DNA of 64,000 bases from Candidatus Latescibacterota bacterium (GTDB lineage: Bacteria > Latescibacterota > UBA2968 > UBA8231). Positions 30,479 through 40,321 of this stretch are shown one piece after another. The position numbers and the translations under genes are program-made. A model generated the notes under the pieces. It was not told the DNA's origin. It ran no database searches and worked only from the letters and a program-made list of their open reading frames with translations. The first letter of the stretch is position 1. The number at the start of each line of letters is the position of its first letter. The DNA lies in contig OZ252098.1 in the NCBI GenBank assembly GCA_965248355.1, positions 3,904,001 to 3,968,000 of the forward strand. Direction: 5' to 3'.

Positions 30479-31708
30479 TCAGACCACACGCCACCACGGG
30501 GCGGCCAGCACGCGATCGGTGAGCCAGAACGTCTCTTCGCCATCGTAGAGAAGGATCCCGCACTGGGCCATGTCGGAATACTCGTCCAGGAAGGTGTGGA
30601 CATGGCGCACGTCCGAGGGGCGGGCGCTGGCGGCGGCCTTCACTTCCACCGGCAGCAGACGCCGGCCCGTCTCGATGACGAAGTCGACCTCCGCACCCTT
30701 GGTGGTCCGCCAGAAGAGAATCTCCGATCTGTCGACGCGGGCGCCCGCCCAGGCGAGCAGGTCGCAGAGCACCAGGTTCTCCAGGTGAGGGCCGCGGGGA
30801 TGCGCGTCGCCCGCCAGGTGCAAGGCCAGACCGGTGTCGCTCCAGTAGAGTTTGGATGACTTGACCAGCCGTTTCGTCCTGTTGACGGCGTAGGCGGGAA
30901 GTCGCACCAACTGGAAGGAGACCTCCAGCAAGTTGAGATACCGCTGCACCGTGGAGGGGGCCAGGTCCACGTCCCGGGCCAAGTCGGCCTGATTCAACAG
31001 CCCCCCGATGCGCAGACAGACGGCCGTCATCAACCTGCGCAGGTCGGTGATTCCCTCAATGGCGGACAGACGCGGGATATCCCGCTCCAGGTAGGTAGCC
31101 GCGTAGCCTTCGAACCACAGCCGCCGGTCGTCATCGTCCGTCAGCTCAAGGGCCGGGACGGGATAGCCTCCGCGCCGGGTAAAAGCCATCCACGGCTCTG
31201 CCTCGGCGGGTTCCGCGAGCAGAACATCCCGCCATGCACCGGGAGGCGCATCCAGAAGCTCTGTCCACATGCCAGGCCTGGCCGACCCGCCTTGCTCGCG
31301 GCGGGTCATGGGCCAGAGCGTCAGGTAGCTGGCGCGGCCAGCCAGCGTTTCGCCCACCTCCTTCATCAGCAGCAGATTGGCCGACCCGGTCAGGAGGAAA
31401 CGGCCGGCCACGCGGCCTTCGTCGACCAGGCGCTTGATGGCAAGCAGCACATGCGGCACCCGCTGAACCTCGTCGAGCGTGATCCGCACGGCCCGGGCCG
31501 CAAGGGCATCCGGCTCGCGCTGGGCCTGCTCGAGGACGGCGAAATCGTCGAGAGTGAAGTAGGATCTGCCTGCCCCGATGGGGTGCATGCGGGCGAGGGT
31601 GCTCTTGCCGGTCTGCCGGGCGCCGGTGAGAACCGCCACGGGCATGACTCTCAGCGCCCGCTCCACACTCTCGGAAGCAAACCGGGGCAGTAGTGGATCC
31701 GTGTCCAT
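30479..31708 (-). CDS. AAA_14 ATPase with DUF4143 C-terminal nuclease-like domain
   Basis: GARQTGKST, LDEVQ, LTGSA, KLYWSDTG, EVDFVIE and PVEVK motifs. Confidence 0.9.
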   Translation of the reverse strand: MDTDPLLPRFASESVERALRVMPVAVLTGARQTGKSTLARMHPIGAGRSYFTLDDFAVLEQAQREPDALAARAVRITLDEVQRVPHVLLAIKRLVDEGRVAGRFLLTGSANLLLMKEVGETLAGRASYLTLWPMTRREQGGSARPGMWTELLDAPPGAWRDVLLAEPAEAEPWMAFTRRGGYPVPALELTDDDDRRLWFEGYAATYLERDIPRLSAIEGITDLRRLMTAVCLRIGGLLNQADLARDVDLAPSTVQRYLNLLEVSFQLVRLPAYAVNRTKRLVKSSKLYWSDTGLALHLAGDAHPRGPHLENLVLCDLLAWAGARVDRSEILFWRTTKGAEVDFVIETGRRLLPVEVKAAASARPSDVRHVHTFLDEYSDMAQCGILLYDGEETFWLTDRVLAAPWWRVV

Positions 31709-32088
31709 AGGGCCATGATATGGGTGATAATCACCCACGCCAAGGGTGATTTACGCCACCAGAGGGAGCTACTTCCTCGAGACCCTGGGGATCGAGCTGG
31801 TGGCCGGGAGGAATGCCGAGCCGACGATCACTCCAGGTCGATGCACTCGATGATCGAGCCCATCCTGCTGGCCGACTGGCTGCACCTGGTGATCGCCGTC
31901 AGAATGGCCCCCCACGACGTGCCGGAGACGATGGCCTTCCTCGAGTGCCGGTCCACGGTTCACATAACAGCGTCTTGCAGGTCATATTGGGCAAGGCACC
32001 GCCGAGCGGAGCCAGGAATCCGCACTCCTCCACCGAGGGAGCGGCCCCTTCCTGGTCATGGAATCGGCCTTGGAAGGGCAGTGACCTC

Positions 32089-32574
32089 ATGACCGCGGAT
32101 CTCCACCACTCACAGGAGAAGGGATTGCGCCGACCGGCCGAAGAGAGCGCAGAAGCCGTAGAGCACTACGGACGCCTGGTACTCAAGGTGGCTTACAGAA
32201 TCGTCGCCAATGCCGATGAAGCGCAGGAGGTCTTCCAGGAAACCTTCCTGCGCTTCCACGCCGCCTGTCTGCGTGGAGAGAGCATCGCTCATCCCAAGGC
32301 CTGGCTCTGCCGGGTGGCGACCAACGCGGCCTTCGAGATCCGGCGGTATCAGCAACGGGTTCCGCTGCTCGGCGAAGACCAGGCCCCCCCGCTGCAGGGC
32401 GATGCCGACAAAGACGCCGAGCGGCGCCTGCTCATGGACCGGGTGCGTGACCTGGCCGCCGGGTTGCCCGAGCGCCAGCGCATGGTCTTCGCCCTGCGCA
32501 ACTTCGAGGGCTGGCCCTTTGCCGAGATCGCGGCGCGGCTGGGATGCAGCGAGGCGTCGGCCAGAGCGGACTGA
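32089..32574 (+). CDS. ECF sigma-70 factor, sigma4 apparently C-terminally truncated
   Basis: EAQEVFQETF, AWLCRVATN, LPERQRMVF and EIAARLG; ends abruptly at SARAD*. Confidence 0.8.
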   Translation: MTADLHHSQEKGLRRPAEESAEAVEHYGRLVLKVAYRIVANADEAQEVFQETFLRFHAACLRGESIAHPKAWLCRVATNAAFEIRRYQQRVPLLGEDQAPPLQGDADKDAERRLLMDRVRDLAAGLPERQRMVFALRNFEGWPFAEIAARLGCSEASARAD

Positions 32575-32579
32575 ACGCC

Positions 32580-34259
32580 ATGGACAGGGCCGAATTCGAA
32601 GGCAGACTGAGCGACTACGTGCGAGGCGAGCTGCCGGCCGCGGAAGCGCGACGGATCGAAACCTACCTGACCGGGCACCCGGAGAGGGCCGACGACCTGG
32701 AGGCGGTGCGTACCGTGCTGGAACTGAGTGCCGATATCGGCGCCGCCGACCCACCGGACATGGTTCTCGCGGCGGCCCAAGCCAAGGCGTTGGAGGCAAT
32801 CCATGTGGAGGATGAGCGTCAGGCGCCGGGGTCGGGATTCCGGGGACGGTTGCCGCACCTGGCCTACCTGTCGGGGTTGGCCGCCGTGCTGGCCGGGGTG
32901 GTGGTGAGTGTGCTCTGGCGAGACGCGTCGGCCCCGGTGTGGGCGGAGGTAGTCGCCGAGGTACGCAAGCTTCACTCTGTGCACATAGCAGGCTGGTTCC
33001 GCGGGGAAAAGGGACAGCGAGTGCCGGTGAAGCAGTGGCTCAAGGCTCCGTACTCGTTCCGCGCCGAGGTGGATACCAGTGCGGCGCGGCGTGTTCTCGT
33101 GGTGAGTGACGAGGAGACACGGGTTTACGTTAACGGAGTCTGGCATGAGATAGGAATCCCAGGAAAGGAGTGGTGGTCCATGGATGAGGCCGCCGACCAA
33201 CTGGCCCTGCCCGACCACGACGAACTCGAGCCTTCGAGCTATCGGATTGAGCGAGAGGATCGGGGGCAGATGGTGCTGTTCTCGATGTGGCGACGTTCCG
33301 GACTGGGCATCAGGACCCCCTCGGACATCCGCTTTGAAATCGAAGTAGATGCCGAGACGCGGCTGCCGAACCGCGCCCGCGTCTTTCTCGATGTGGGAAA
33401 GGGGGAATGGGAGCTGGTGAGCGAACTGAACTACCTGGACTACAATGGCCCGGTGCCTGACGAACTCTTCACTGTCGCCGCTGATTCGCTTGAGCCCTTT
33501 CCCCTATCGACGTACGAACCACATCCGTTCGACGATGTACCGCTCGCGCCGTTTGTGCCCTGGAACAGGATGTTCTACATGCCGCTGGACGGAATGGACA
33601 TCGCCGTCTATTCCCCTTCGACTGACGGGAGCATGCCTGACGAGAGCATGTCCCATGAGAACCTGGGGTGGCTCATTCGCTACGAATTCGTCCGCCAGCC
33701 GCTGACCGAGATCGTCCGGAGAATCGGGAACAGGCCAGCGGAAACCCCGGATTCGGCGCTGGCTGAACGGCGTTACTCGGTGCGGATTGCCCACAACCAG
33801 GACATTGGGCCCACCGAGCGCGTGAGGCGCCTGGGCCGCCGCTTCGGCTTTATCGCCTCCATGGAAGAGCGGCAGAGTACCAGGACGCGCTGGGTCTTCA
33901 CTCAAGACGGATCCGAGTTTCCGATCAGCCGGAAGACGGCAGGATATGGGAGTGATGGTTACCGCGTATACGGCATGGGTCCGCTGAGGGACGTGGTTCG
34001 GAGCATTCTGGTCAACGCCGCCCTCAACGACCTGGTGGAGGGTTACAACCAGGCCCTTGACGAAATCGAGATGAGGTGGGACGGCGGCACAGCAGACAAT
34101 CCATTTGACCGCAAGGTGGATGTCGACGTGGACTTCTCCGATGGGTGGGACGTAGCTCTCGACTATCTGCGCGAGCAGTTCGGGGTCGCGATGGAGCGGG
34201 TGTCCGAGCCGATCACCCACGAGGTGCTGGTGCTGCTCCCCCATGGCGGACAGAACTAA
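32580..34259 (+). CDS. Putative transmembrane anti-sigma factor with large extracytoplasmic domain
   Basis: N-terminal LSDYVRGEL..IETYL (anti-sigma-like), one TM helix, WAEV motif; directly follows the ECF gene. Confidence 0.7.
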   Translation: MDRAEFEGRLSDYVRGELPAAEARRIETYLTGHPERADDLEAVRTVLELSADIGAADPPDMVLAAAQAKALEAIHVEDERQAPGSGFRGRLPHLAYLSGLAAVLAGVVVSVLWRDASAPVWAEVVAEVRKLHSVHIAGWFRGEKGQRVPVKQWLKAPYSFRAEVDTSAARRVLVVSDEETRVYVNGVWHEIGIPGKEWWSMDEAADQLALPDHDELEPSSYRIEREDRGQMVLFSMWRRSGLGIRTPSDIRFEIEVDAETRLPNRARVFLDVGKGEWELVSELNYLDYNGPVPDELFTVAADSLEPFPLSTYEPHPFDDVPLAPFVPWNRMFYMPLDGMDIAVYSPSTDGSMPDESMSHENLGWLIRYEFVRQPLTEIVRRIGNRPAETPDSALAERRYSVRIAHNQDIGPTERVRRLGRRFGFIASMEERQSTRTRWVFTQDGSEFPISRKTAGYGSDGYRVYGMGPLRDVVRSILVNAALNDLVEGYNQALDEIEMRWDGGTADNPFDRKVDVDVDFSDGWDVALDYLREQFGVAMERVSEPITHEVLVLLPHGGQN

Positions 34260-34272
34260 GGCACAGGGAGGC

Positions 34273-34319
34273 GCCCGGGTACGTGCCACCGAGGCGCGGC
34301 CGGAGCCGCCGCGCGCCCC
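34273..34319 (+). repeat. Repeat family remnant I (right arm only)
   Basis: gtacgtgccaccgaggcgcggccggagccgccg, between convergent stop codons. Confidence 0.75.
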
Positions 34320-34326
34320 AATGCGG

Positions 34327-35694
34327 CTACTTCGAGACGAAGGCCGCGTCCGCCAGGTTGTCGTAATGGTGTACGTAGGTCACACCGCCGATGACCATGA
34401 GGTGGTTGTGGGGCAGGTCCTCTTCCCAGGTCATCTCCTCGCCCCACCCGTGCGGCGGGGCCTCTCTCTTGTTCCAGCGGTTGCCGCTATAGCGTCGGAA
34501 CAGCACCGTGCGGCCGGTGCGGGTGACATAAGCCTCGACCAGGACATCGCGGTCGCTGGCCTCTTTCTCCAGGTCGAAGACGCGCAGGCAGGTAAAGCAC
34601 CGCTCGCCGATGTGGACGTCGAACACCCCGGCCCCGAAAGAGCCGTCGGCCTGGGGGCGCAGGCAGCCGCGATCCTCGATCAGGCGCGGCGAAGGGCCCC
34701 AATCGTCGTGGAACCCTTCGTCGAGAAAGGTCATCAGTTCCCGCGTGCCATCCGCGCGCAGCGATTCCACCGCCATCCACTCCACCGCATCCTCGGTCAG
34801 GCGGCCCCAGACCTTGACGATTCGGCTCTTCTGTTCGGTGGGCTTGGGGTCCCCCCCCATCGCCGCCAGGTGGTGCTCCTCCACCTCGATCTCCACGCAG
34901 GCACGGCCGTGGATGATTGCGGGCCGGCAGGCCTCCAGCGACACCGTCTCGGTCAGCTTCCAAGGCGCTTCGCCGTCGCCGGAAGGGTCGTACGAGCCAT
35001 AGGCCACGCGGTCACCTACCTCAGGCACGATGAACCACCAGGCCAGCTCCCTGAGATCGATGCGGAAAGGGGCCTCCGGGCTCGCCTCGATGCGTATCTC
35101 GGGCCGGCTCCGGGGGAAGAGTCCCTGGGCAGCACTCATGGTCTTTCTCCTCGTTCCGGGGGTGACCCCGAGGACCCGGCGGACCTGGTCGCGCCCGTGG
35201 GACAGGCGGCGCTTGACCGTGCCGTCGGGACAGCGGTGACGGGCGGCGATCTCGGCGATGCTCAGACCGTCCAGATAGAAGGCCCGCAGGGTGGCGCGCT
35301 CGCGGTCGGGGACCTCCTCCATGGCCTCGACGATGGCCGCGGCGGCCTCCCGCTGCCGTGCCTGGGCCACGCCCAGGCGGTTGACCATGGGCGCCAGGGC
35401 CTCCGTCTCGACGAACAGCTCGCGGCGCTGGGTGGAGCGGAAGTAATCGCGGCAGCGGTTGCGGGCCACCTGCAGCATCCAGGCCCGCACATCGCGCGGG
35501 GTGTCCCGGCGCAGGCCGCTCCAGATGTGAACCAGGGTTTCCTGCAGGACATCCTGTACCTGGTCGCCGCAACCGATCCGAGAGCGGATCAGCCCCGCCA
35601 GGGTGCGTTCGTAACGCCGGATCAGCCGTACGAAGGCGTCCTCGCTGCCCCGCCGGATACGCTCTGCCAACAGGTGGTCGCCTGGATCGGTCAT
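34327..35694 (-). CDS. ECF sigma factor with ~270-aa C-terminal extension
   Basis: QDVLQET, AWMLQVARN and SIAEIAAR...GTVKRRLSHGR, then a long unknown domain. Confidence 0.85.
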   Translation of the reverse strand: MTDPGDHLLAERIRRGSEDAFVRLIRRYERTLAGLIRSRIGCGDQVQDVLQETLVHIWSGLRRDTPRDVRAWMLQVARNRCRDYFRSTQRRELFVETEALAPMVNRLGVAQARQREAAAAIVEAMEEVPDRERATLRAFYLDGLSIAEIAARHRCPDGTVKRRLSHGRDQVRRVLGVTPGTRRKTMSAAQGLFPRSRPEIRIEASPEAPFRIDLRELAWWFIVPEVGDRVAYGSYDPSGDGEAPWKLTETVSLEACRPAIIHGRACVEIEVEEHHLAAMGGDPKPTEQKSRIVKVWGRLTEDAVEWMAVESLRADGTRELMTFLDEGFHDDWGPSPRLIEDRGCLRPQADGSFGAGVFDVHIGERCFTCLRVFDLEKEASDRDVLVEAYVTRTGRTVLFRRYSGNRWNKREAPPHGWGEEMTWEEDLPHNHLMVIGGVTYVHHYDNLADAAFVSK

Positions 35695-35718
35695 AGTCCT
35701 CTACCCTTCTTCCAACTA

Positions 35719-35747
35719 CAAGGCGGACGTCAGCGGGCAAAGGTTCA
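35719..35747 (-). promoter_or_regulatory. Possible ECF-type autoregulatory promoter
   Basis: Minus strand tGAACC-N16-CGCC upstream of the ECF gene; resembles generic AAC/CGTC ECF promoters. Confidence 0.3.
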
Positions 35748-35760
35748 CCCGGTACCGAGA

Positions 35761-35978
35761 GGTCCCACCCCGGGGCGGTGACGGCGGCGCAGGCCGCGCC
35801 GAGCGGCGCCCTTGCGCCGGGCCGGGGTCAACAACCAACACGCATCCAGGAGGCCCAGAGACCCGAGCCCCCGGCGAGGGGTCCGCCAGCCCCACGGATC
35901 ACTCTCAAGCGATAGATCCATCAGCCAGGCCCGGTGTATGCGCCGCCGAGGCGCGGCCGGAGCCGCCGGCGCCGCCCC
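35761..35978 (+). repeat. Structured intergenic repeat, copy D
   Basis: Left arm ggggcggtgacggcggcgcaggccgcgccgag, core, and right arm ending gccgccggcgccgcccc. Confidence 0.92.
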
Positions 35979-36021
35979 TTGCTGCGGCGGCCGCGCTATC
36001 TTCCACCAGTGGAGAACAGCC

Positions 36022-36900
36022 ATGAACGATACCGACAACCTGTCTGCCCTGACCCCGGAGCAGAAGTACGAGTTCGACCTCAGGGGATACATCGTTCTGA
36101 AGGGCCACTACGACGAGGAGTCGGTGGCCGAGTTCCACGCTGGCATCGACGAGCTGCAGGCGATCCCCGTCGACTACGAGACCTACACTCGCCTCGGGGT
36201 CGCCAGCTATTTCCTGGCCGCGGCGATGTCCGATCCGGAGCACCCGTTCTGGAAGGGGGAGCACCGCCGCGACCGGCGCCCCAACCCCGAGACAGGCGGC
36301 ATCGGGCGAGTCGACCACGCCCTGTGCGGCACGGCGAGGTTCGACCGCATCGTGCGCGATCCGGTCATGAAGTTCATCCACCGGGAGCTCGCCGGCGGTC
36401 CGGTCTACATCTCGGCGACCTACTACATCGAGAAGCTGGGACCTGTCGCCGGGGGCGGGCTCCACAACGGCGGCTTTCCGCTGGACCGCGACATCTACTA
36501 CGCCTACGACCACACGGGGGAGCGGTTCGCCTGCAAGAGCACCAAGAGCGTGGTGATCCTGTCCGACATGACCCGCGTGGAGAACGGCCCCTTCGCCGCG
36601 ATTCCGGGGAGCCACAAGGCGAACTTCGCCTGCCCCTTCGACATGACGGACGCGGGCAGGAACCCGATGGCGGTGCCGGTGCTGGCCGCGCCCGGCGACG
36701 TCGTCATCTTCTCGGAGGGGATGACCCACAACGCCTATCCCGTCACCAACGATTCGATCCGGCGCTCCGTGTTCTTCAACTACATGCCGGCCATCGGCCG
36801 CGACAACCTGCCCTTCCAGCGCATGTCCATCTACCCCGGTCACGTGCTCGAACGGCTGAGCGACGAGATCGATCTTCTCACCTCGGCGGGATACATCTGA
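36022..36900 (+). CDS. PhyH family dioxygenase
   Basis: YEFDLRGY, LHNG, GPFAAIPGSHK and MTHN motifs; GGAG RBS. Confidence 0.88.
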   Translation: MNDTDNLSALTPEQKYEFDLRGYIVLKGHYDEESVAEFHAGIDELQAIPVDYETYTRLGVASYFLAAAMSDPEHPFWKGEHRRDRRPNPETGGIGRVDHALCGTARFDRIVRDPVMKFIHRELAGGPVYISATYYIEKLGPVAGGGLHNGGFPLDRDIYYAYDHTGERFACKSTKSVVILSDMTRVENGPFAAIPGSHKANFACPFDMTDAGRNPMAVPVLAAPGDVVIFSEGMTHNAYPVTNDSIRRSVFFNYMPAIGRDNLPFQRMSIYPGHVLERLSDEIDLLTSAGYI

Positions 36901-36912
36901 CAGGAGTGTGTC

Positions 36913-37251
36913 GTGATCTCAAGAGTCCGGAAGGATCAGAGGAATCTGGCCGCCTATGACGTGCCCGGCGCCACAGTGCAGGTTTCCGATCCCATCAGGG
37001 GAGCCGGCGACAAGCTGTCGGCCGGCTTTACCGAGTATATGGAGGCCAGCCGGTTGACCTGGACCTTTGACTACGACGAGGTCTTCTTCATGCTGGAGGG
37101 GCACCTGGAGATCCAGGTCGCGGGTCGGGATCCGGTGCAATACGAGGCGGGGGACCTGGGCTATATCGAGAAGGGTGCGCAGACGACCATCACCGTGCCG
37201 GAACGGGCCTATCTGCTGCATGTCACCCACCCGGCGTGGCGTCCCGAGTAA
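36913..37251 (+). CDS. EutQ-like cupin
   Basis: LSAGF...LTWTFDYDEVFFMLEG...AGDLGYIEKG; AGGAG RBS. Confidence 0.8.
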   Translation: MISRVRKDQRNLAAYDVPGATVQVSDPIRGAGDKLSAGFTEYMEASRLTWTFDYDEVFFMLEGHLEIQVAGRDPVQYEAGDLGYIEKGAQTTITVPERAYLLHVTHPAWRPE

Positions 37252-37272
37252 GCGTACGACGAGGGCGAGGCC

Positions 37273-37345
37273 CGCCGGAACGGGGTCAACCGAGCATAGC
37301 GAGGGGCTCGCCAAGTCCCCTGGACAACCCTTCAAGCGATAGCTC
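37273..37345 (+). repeat. Repeat family remnant G (collapsed core)
   Basis: cggggtcaac fused to cgagcatagcgaggggctcgcca...agcgatagctc. Confidence 0.75.
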
Positions 37346-37356
37346 TACCGATGGCC

Positions 37357-38730
37357 TTACGCGTGCCTCTTCAGCTTCGGGCCGTCCGGCAGGTCCTCGA
37401 CAGCGAACCCAACTTCGAGAATCCGGGCCCTGAGGGCGTCGGCCGTCCCGTAATCCCGCTGCCGGCGGGCCTCGGTCCGACGCCGAACCATCTCCAGGAC
37501 CTCGGCCGGTGCTTCTTCCTGCTGCGGATTCCAGTTCGCCAGACCGAGGCCGAGCACGCCGTCAAATGCCAGCAACGTTCCCTTTTTCACTTCGTCGGGA
37601 AGCTCCGACCGCACCAGGCTCCAAACCACGGCCAGAGCCTGCGGCATGTTGAGGTCGCTGTTCAGGCAGCGCGTGAATGCCTCCATGGAAGCTGGGTCTG
37701 GATCGCCGGCTGGACCCCAGGCGTGGGCGGCGCGGCGCAGCCGTTCCAGGGCCGCCGCCGCCGCGTCAAGGGCTTCCCAATTGAAGCTGAGAGGCCGGCG
37801 GTAGTGCGCCCCGAGCAGGAACATCCGGTAGGCCAGTGGGTCGTATCCCGCCTCGACCAGGCTGTCGAGAGTCATGAAGGACCCGCTCGACTTGGACATG
37901 CGCTCGTCATCGAGCACCAGGAACCGGCCATGCATCCAGAACCGGGCGAGCGGGGTCCCGTAGCATGCCTCGGCCTGGGCGATCTCGTTTACATGGTGAA
38001 TGGCGAGATGGTCTTCGCCGCCGCAGTGGATGTCGAAGTACGGTCCCAGATGGGATTCCGCCATGGCCACGCACTCCGTGTGCCACCCCGGGAATCCCCG
38101 CCCCCAGGGGCTGTCCCACTCCATCTGCCGCCTGCTGCCGGACGGGCTTAGCTTCCACAGGGCGAAGTCCGTCGCCCGGCGTTTCTCACCCAGTTCGACG
38201 CGGGCACCGGCCAGCAGCCCCTGCATGTCCAACCGTGCCAGCCCGCCGTAGTCCCGCTGCCGGGAGGTGTCGAAGTAGATCCCGTCGGACGTAACGTAGA
38301 TGAAGCCGCGCTCCTCCAGGGTGTGGATAACGCCGATCTGCTGATCGATATAGTCCGTGGCTCTGCACCATACCGTTGGCTCGAGGACGTTGAGTCGGCG
38401 CAGGTCTTCCTTGAAGGCGCGCGTGTAGAAGTCCGCCACCCACCAGGCGCTCTTGCCGGTACGTTGCGCCCCTCGCTCCATCTTGTCCTCGCCGGTGTCG
38501 GCATCCGAGGTCAAGTGGCCCACGTCGGTAATGTTCACGACGTGATGAACGTCGTAGCCGCTGTATGCCAGCACTCGCCGCAGCACGTCCTCGAAGACGT
38601 AGGTCCGCAGGTTGCCGATGTGGGCGTAGTCGTATACGGTCGGGCCGCAGGCGTAGAGTCCGACAGGCGACCCGAGGGGCTCGAAGACGCGTTCGCTTCG
38701 GGAGTAGGAGTCGTAGAGCCTCAGTTCCAC
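37357..38730 (-). CDS. cysS: Cysteine--tRNA ligase
   Basis: YACGPTVYDYAHIGN, DFALWK, WDSPWGRGFPGWH.EC, DIHCGGED, HHVNE and RMSKS motifs. Confidence 0.96.
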   Translation of the reverse strand: MELRLYDSYSRSERVFEPLGSPVGLYACGPTVYDYAHIGNLRTYVFEDVLRRVLAYSGYDVHHVVNITDVGHLTSDADTGEDKMERGAQRTGKSAWWVADFYTRAFKEDLRRLNVLEPTVWCRATDYIDQQIGVIHTLEERGFIYVTSDGIYFDTSRQRDYGGLARLDMQGLLAGARVELGEKRRATDFALWKLSPSGSRRQMEWDSPWGRGFPGWHTECVAMAESHLGPYFDIHCGGEDHLAIHHVNEIAQAEACYGTPLARFWMHGRFLVLDDERMSKSSGSFMTLDSLVEAGYDPLAYRMFLLGAHYRRPLSFNWEALDAAAAALERLRRAAHAWGPAGDPDPASMEAFTRCLNSDLNMPQALAVVWSLVRSELPDEVKKGTLLAFDGVLGLGLANWNPQQEEAPAEVLEMVRRRTEARRQRDYGTADALRARILEVGFAVEDLPDGPKLKRHA

Positions 38731-38782
38731 AGGGAATCGGCGCCTTCACGCAAACGGGACGTCTCCGTGGGGGTGAACGGCC

Positions 38783-39190
38783 CTACGAGCCCGTCGATCG
38801 TCGCTGCACGTAGCTGAGGGCAGCGCGCGCGAGCAGGCCGGACCGCGTCTCCCCTTCCCGGGCCGCCGCCTCGTCTACGATCGCCAGGACCCGGGCCGGC
38901 ACGGTGATGTTGATCCGCTTTGCCTTGCTCGACAGCTTGGAGATGTCGACCGCAACCAGCGCCCAGATCCCATCCCTGTCCTCGTTGGCCTGGTGTACCT
39001 CGAGCGGCGCTTGCTCGGGGACCGGCTCGCCGTCCATGAGCAATCCCTCGATGTGGCAGGCGACAGCCTCGTGAGCGGATTCGATCGCTTCTTCGAACGT
39101 ATCTCCGGCCGAGAAGCAACCGGGCAGATCCGGCACGGTGACTCCATGACCGCTCTCTTTGTCTTTGTGAATCACGGCTGGAAAGCGCAT
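38783..39190 (-). CDS. hicB: HicB family antitoxin with RHH domain; no intact hicA adjacent
   Basis: GVTVPDLPGCFSAGDTFEEAI and KRINITVP motifs. Confidence 0.88.
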   Translation of the reverse strand: MRFPAVIHKDKESGHGVTVPDLPGCFSAGDTFEEAIESAHEAVACHIEGLLMDGEPVPEQAPLEVHQANEDRDGIWALVAVDISKLSSKAKRINITVPARVLAIVDEAAAREGETRSGLLARAALSYVQRRSTGS

Positions 39191-39278
39191 TGTGTCTGTG
39201 ATCTTCATGAGTGTGTAATGTACGCACCGCTCCCCGATACTGCGGTCGCAACGCGGGTCGCTTCGGAACGGCGGCCCA

Positions 39279-39364
39279 CCAGGCCAGCGCACCACCGGAT
39301 CGAGTGGCGCCCTTACGCCGGGCCGGGGTCAAACAAAACCCATCCAGAAGGCCCAGAGACCCGA
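39279..39364 (+). repeat. Repeat family remnant H (5' hairpin fused to end of left arm plus half core)
   Basis: ccaccggatcgagtggcgc|ccttacgccgggccggggtcaa...catccagaaggcccagagacccga. Confidence 0.85.
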
Positions 39365-40107
39365 ACTTCAAGACCCTGCGCACCGTATTCGAGGCCGGCG
39401 TCCGCGATGCCTCCGTCATCAGCACTTCGCACGTGGGATGGCCGGCGGACACCTCGCTGCTGTTCTGGGCGGTGGGCCGGCCGGTCGAGTTCACGGAGTT
39501 CGCCCTCGCGTACGGGGCCGACCCGGAAGCGCCGTTCTCGGGCAACGGGGAGCGCGGCAACACCCCCTTGCAGGAGGCCGCGGCGCGTTTCGGCACCGGG
39601 CGGTGGAACTCCGACGTCGCCGATACGGTCCGCGCTCTCCTCGGGCACGGGGCGCACTACGACATCTTCTCGGCGTGCGGCATGAACGACCTTGACCGGG
39701 TGCGCGAGCTGGCCCGGGAGGAGACCGAGGCCGTTGCGCAGCAGGGAGAGGCGGACATGACGCCCCTGCACTGGGCGGCGCGTTCCGGCTCGGACCGTTG
39801 TCTGAAATGGCTGCTGCGGCATGGCGCCGAGGTCGATGCCGGGACCAGTACCGATCGAACCCCCCTGCACCTGGCGTCCGAGAGCGGAAACGTCGAGGCG
39901 ATCTGGCTGCTGGCGGAGCACGGCGCCGATCTCGACACGCAGGACAGGAAGGGGCGCACGCCCCTCCACAGGGCCGCGTACGAGGGCGGGCTGGATGCGG
40001 CCGAGGTGCTCATCGTCCTGGGGGCGGACAGGAGCCTGAGGGCGAAGTCCGGCAAGAGGCCGCTGCAGGTGGCGCGGCTGGATTGCAGGCACCTGAAAGA
40101 GCAGTGA
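39361..40107 (+). pseudogene. Ankyrin repeat protein, 5' end apparently replaced by the repeat remnant
   Basis: TPLHWAA, TPLHLAS and TPLHRAA ankyrin repeats; no credible start or RBS after the repeat junction. Confidence 0.65.
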
Positions 40108-40221
40108 AGAGCGGCCGATACCTCAGGTCATGTGTCCCCGACGGAGGAGGTTGCGCAAGGTCCCCGGTCGCTTTACTCTGGAAATCGGGGGTGGGGAGGC
40201 AGACAATCTGTTCCGGAAGCC

Positions 40222-40321
40222 GCACGAGGAAGCCATCACATATTTCGGAAGGAAGGAACCCTATCAGGTGCGACAGGTCCGTCGCGTGATTTTGAAATAC
40301 AGACTGGAGGAGCCAGACTGA
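40222..40321 (+). pseudogene. hicA: HicA toxin remnant (5'-truncated, internally deleted, frameshifted)
   Basis: RGSHHIFRKEG joined out of frame to PYQVRQVRRVILKYRL, directly upstream of hicB. Confidence 0.75.

Noticed and set aside
31740..32000. Possible small gene or toxin remnant upstream of the ECF sigma
   Set aside because: Looks coding-like, but I could not recognise a family or a consistent start.
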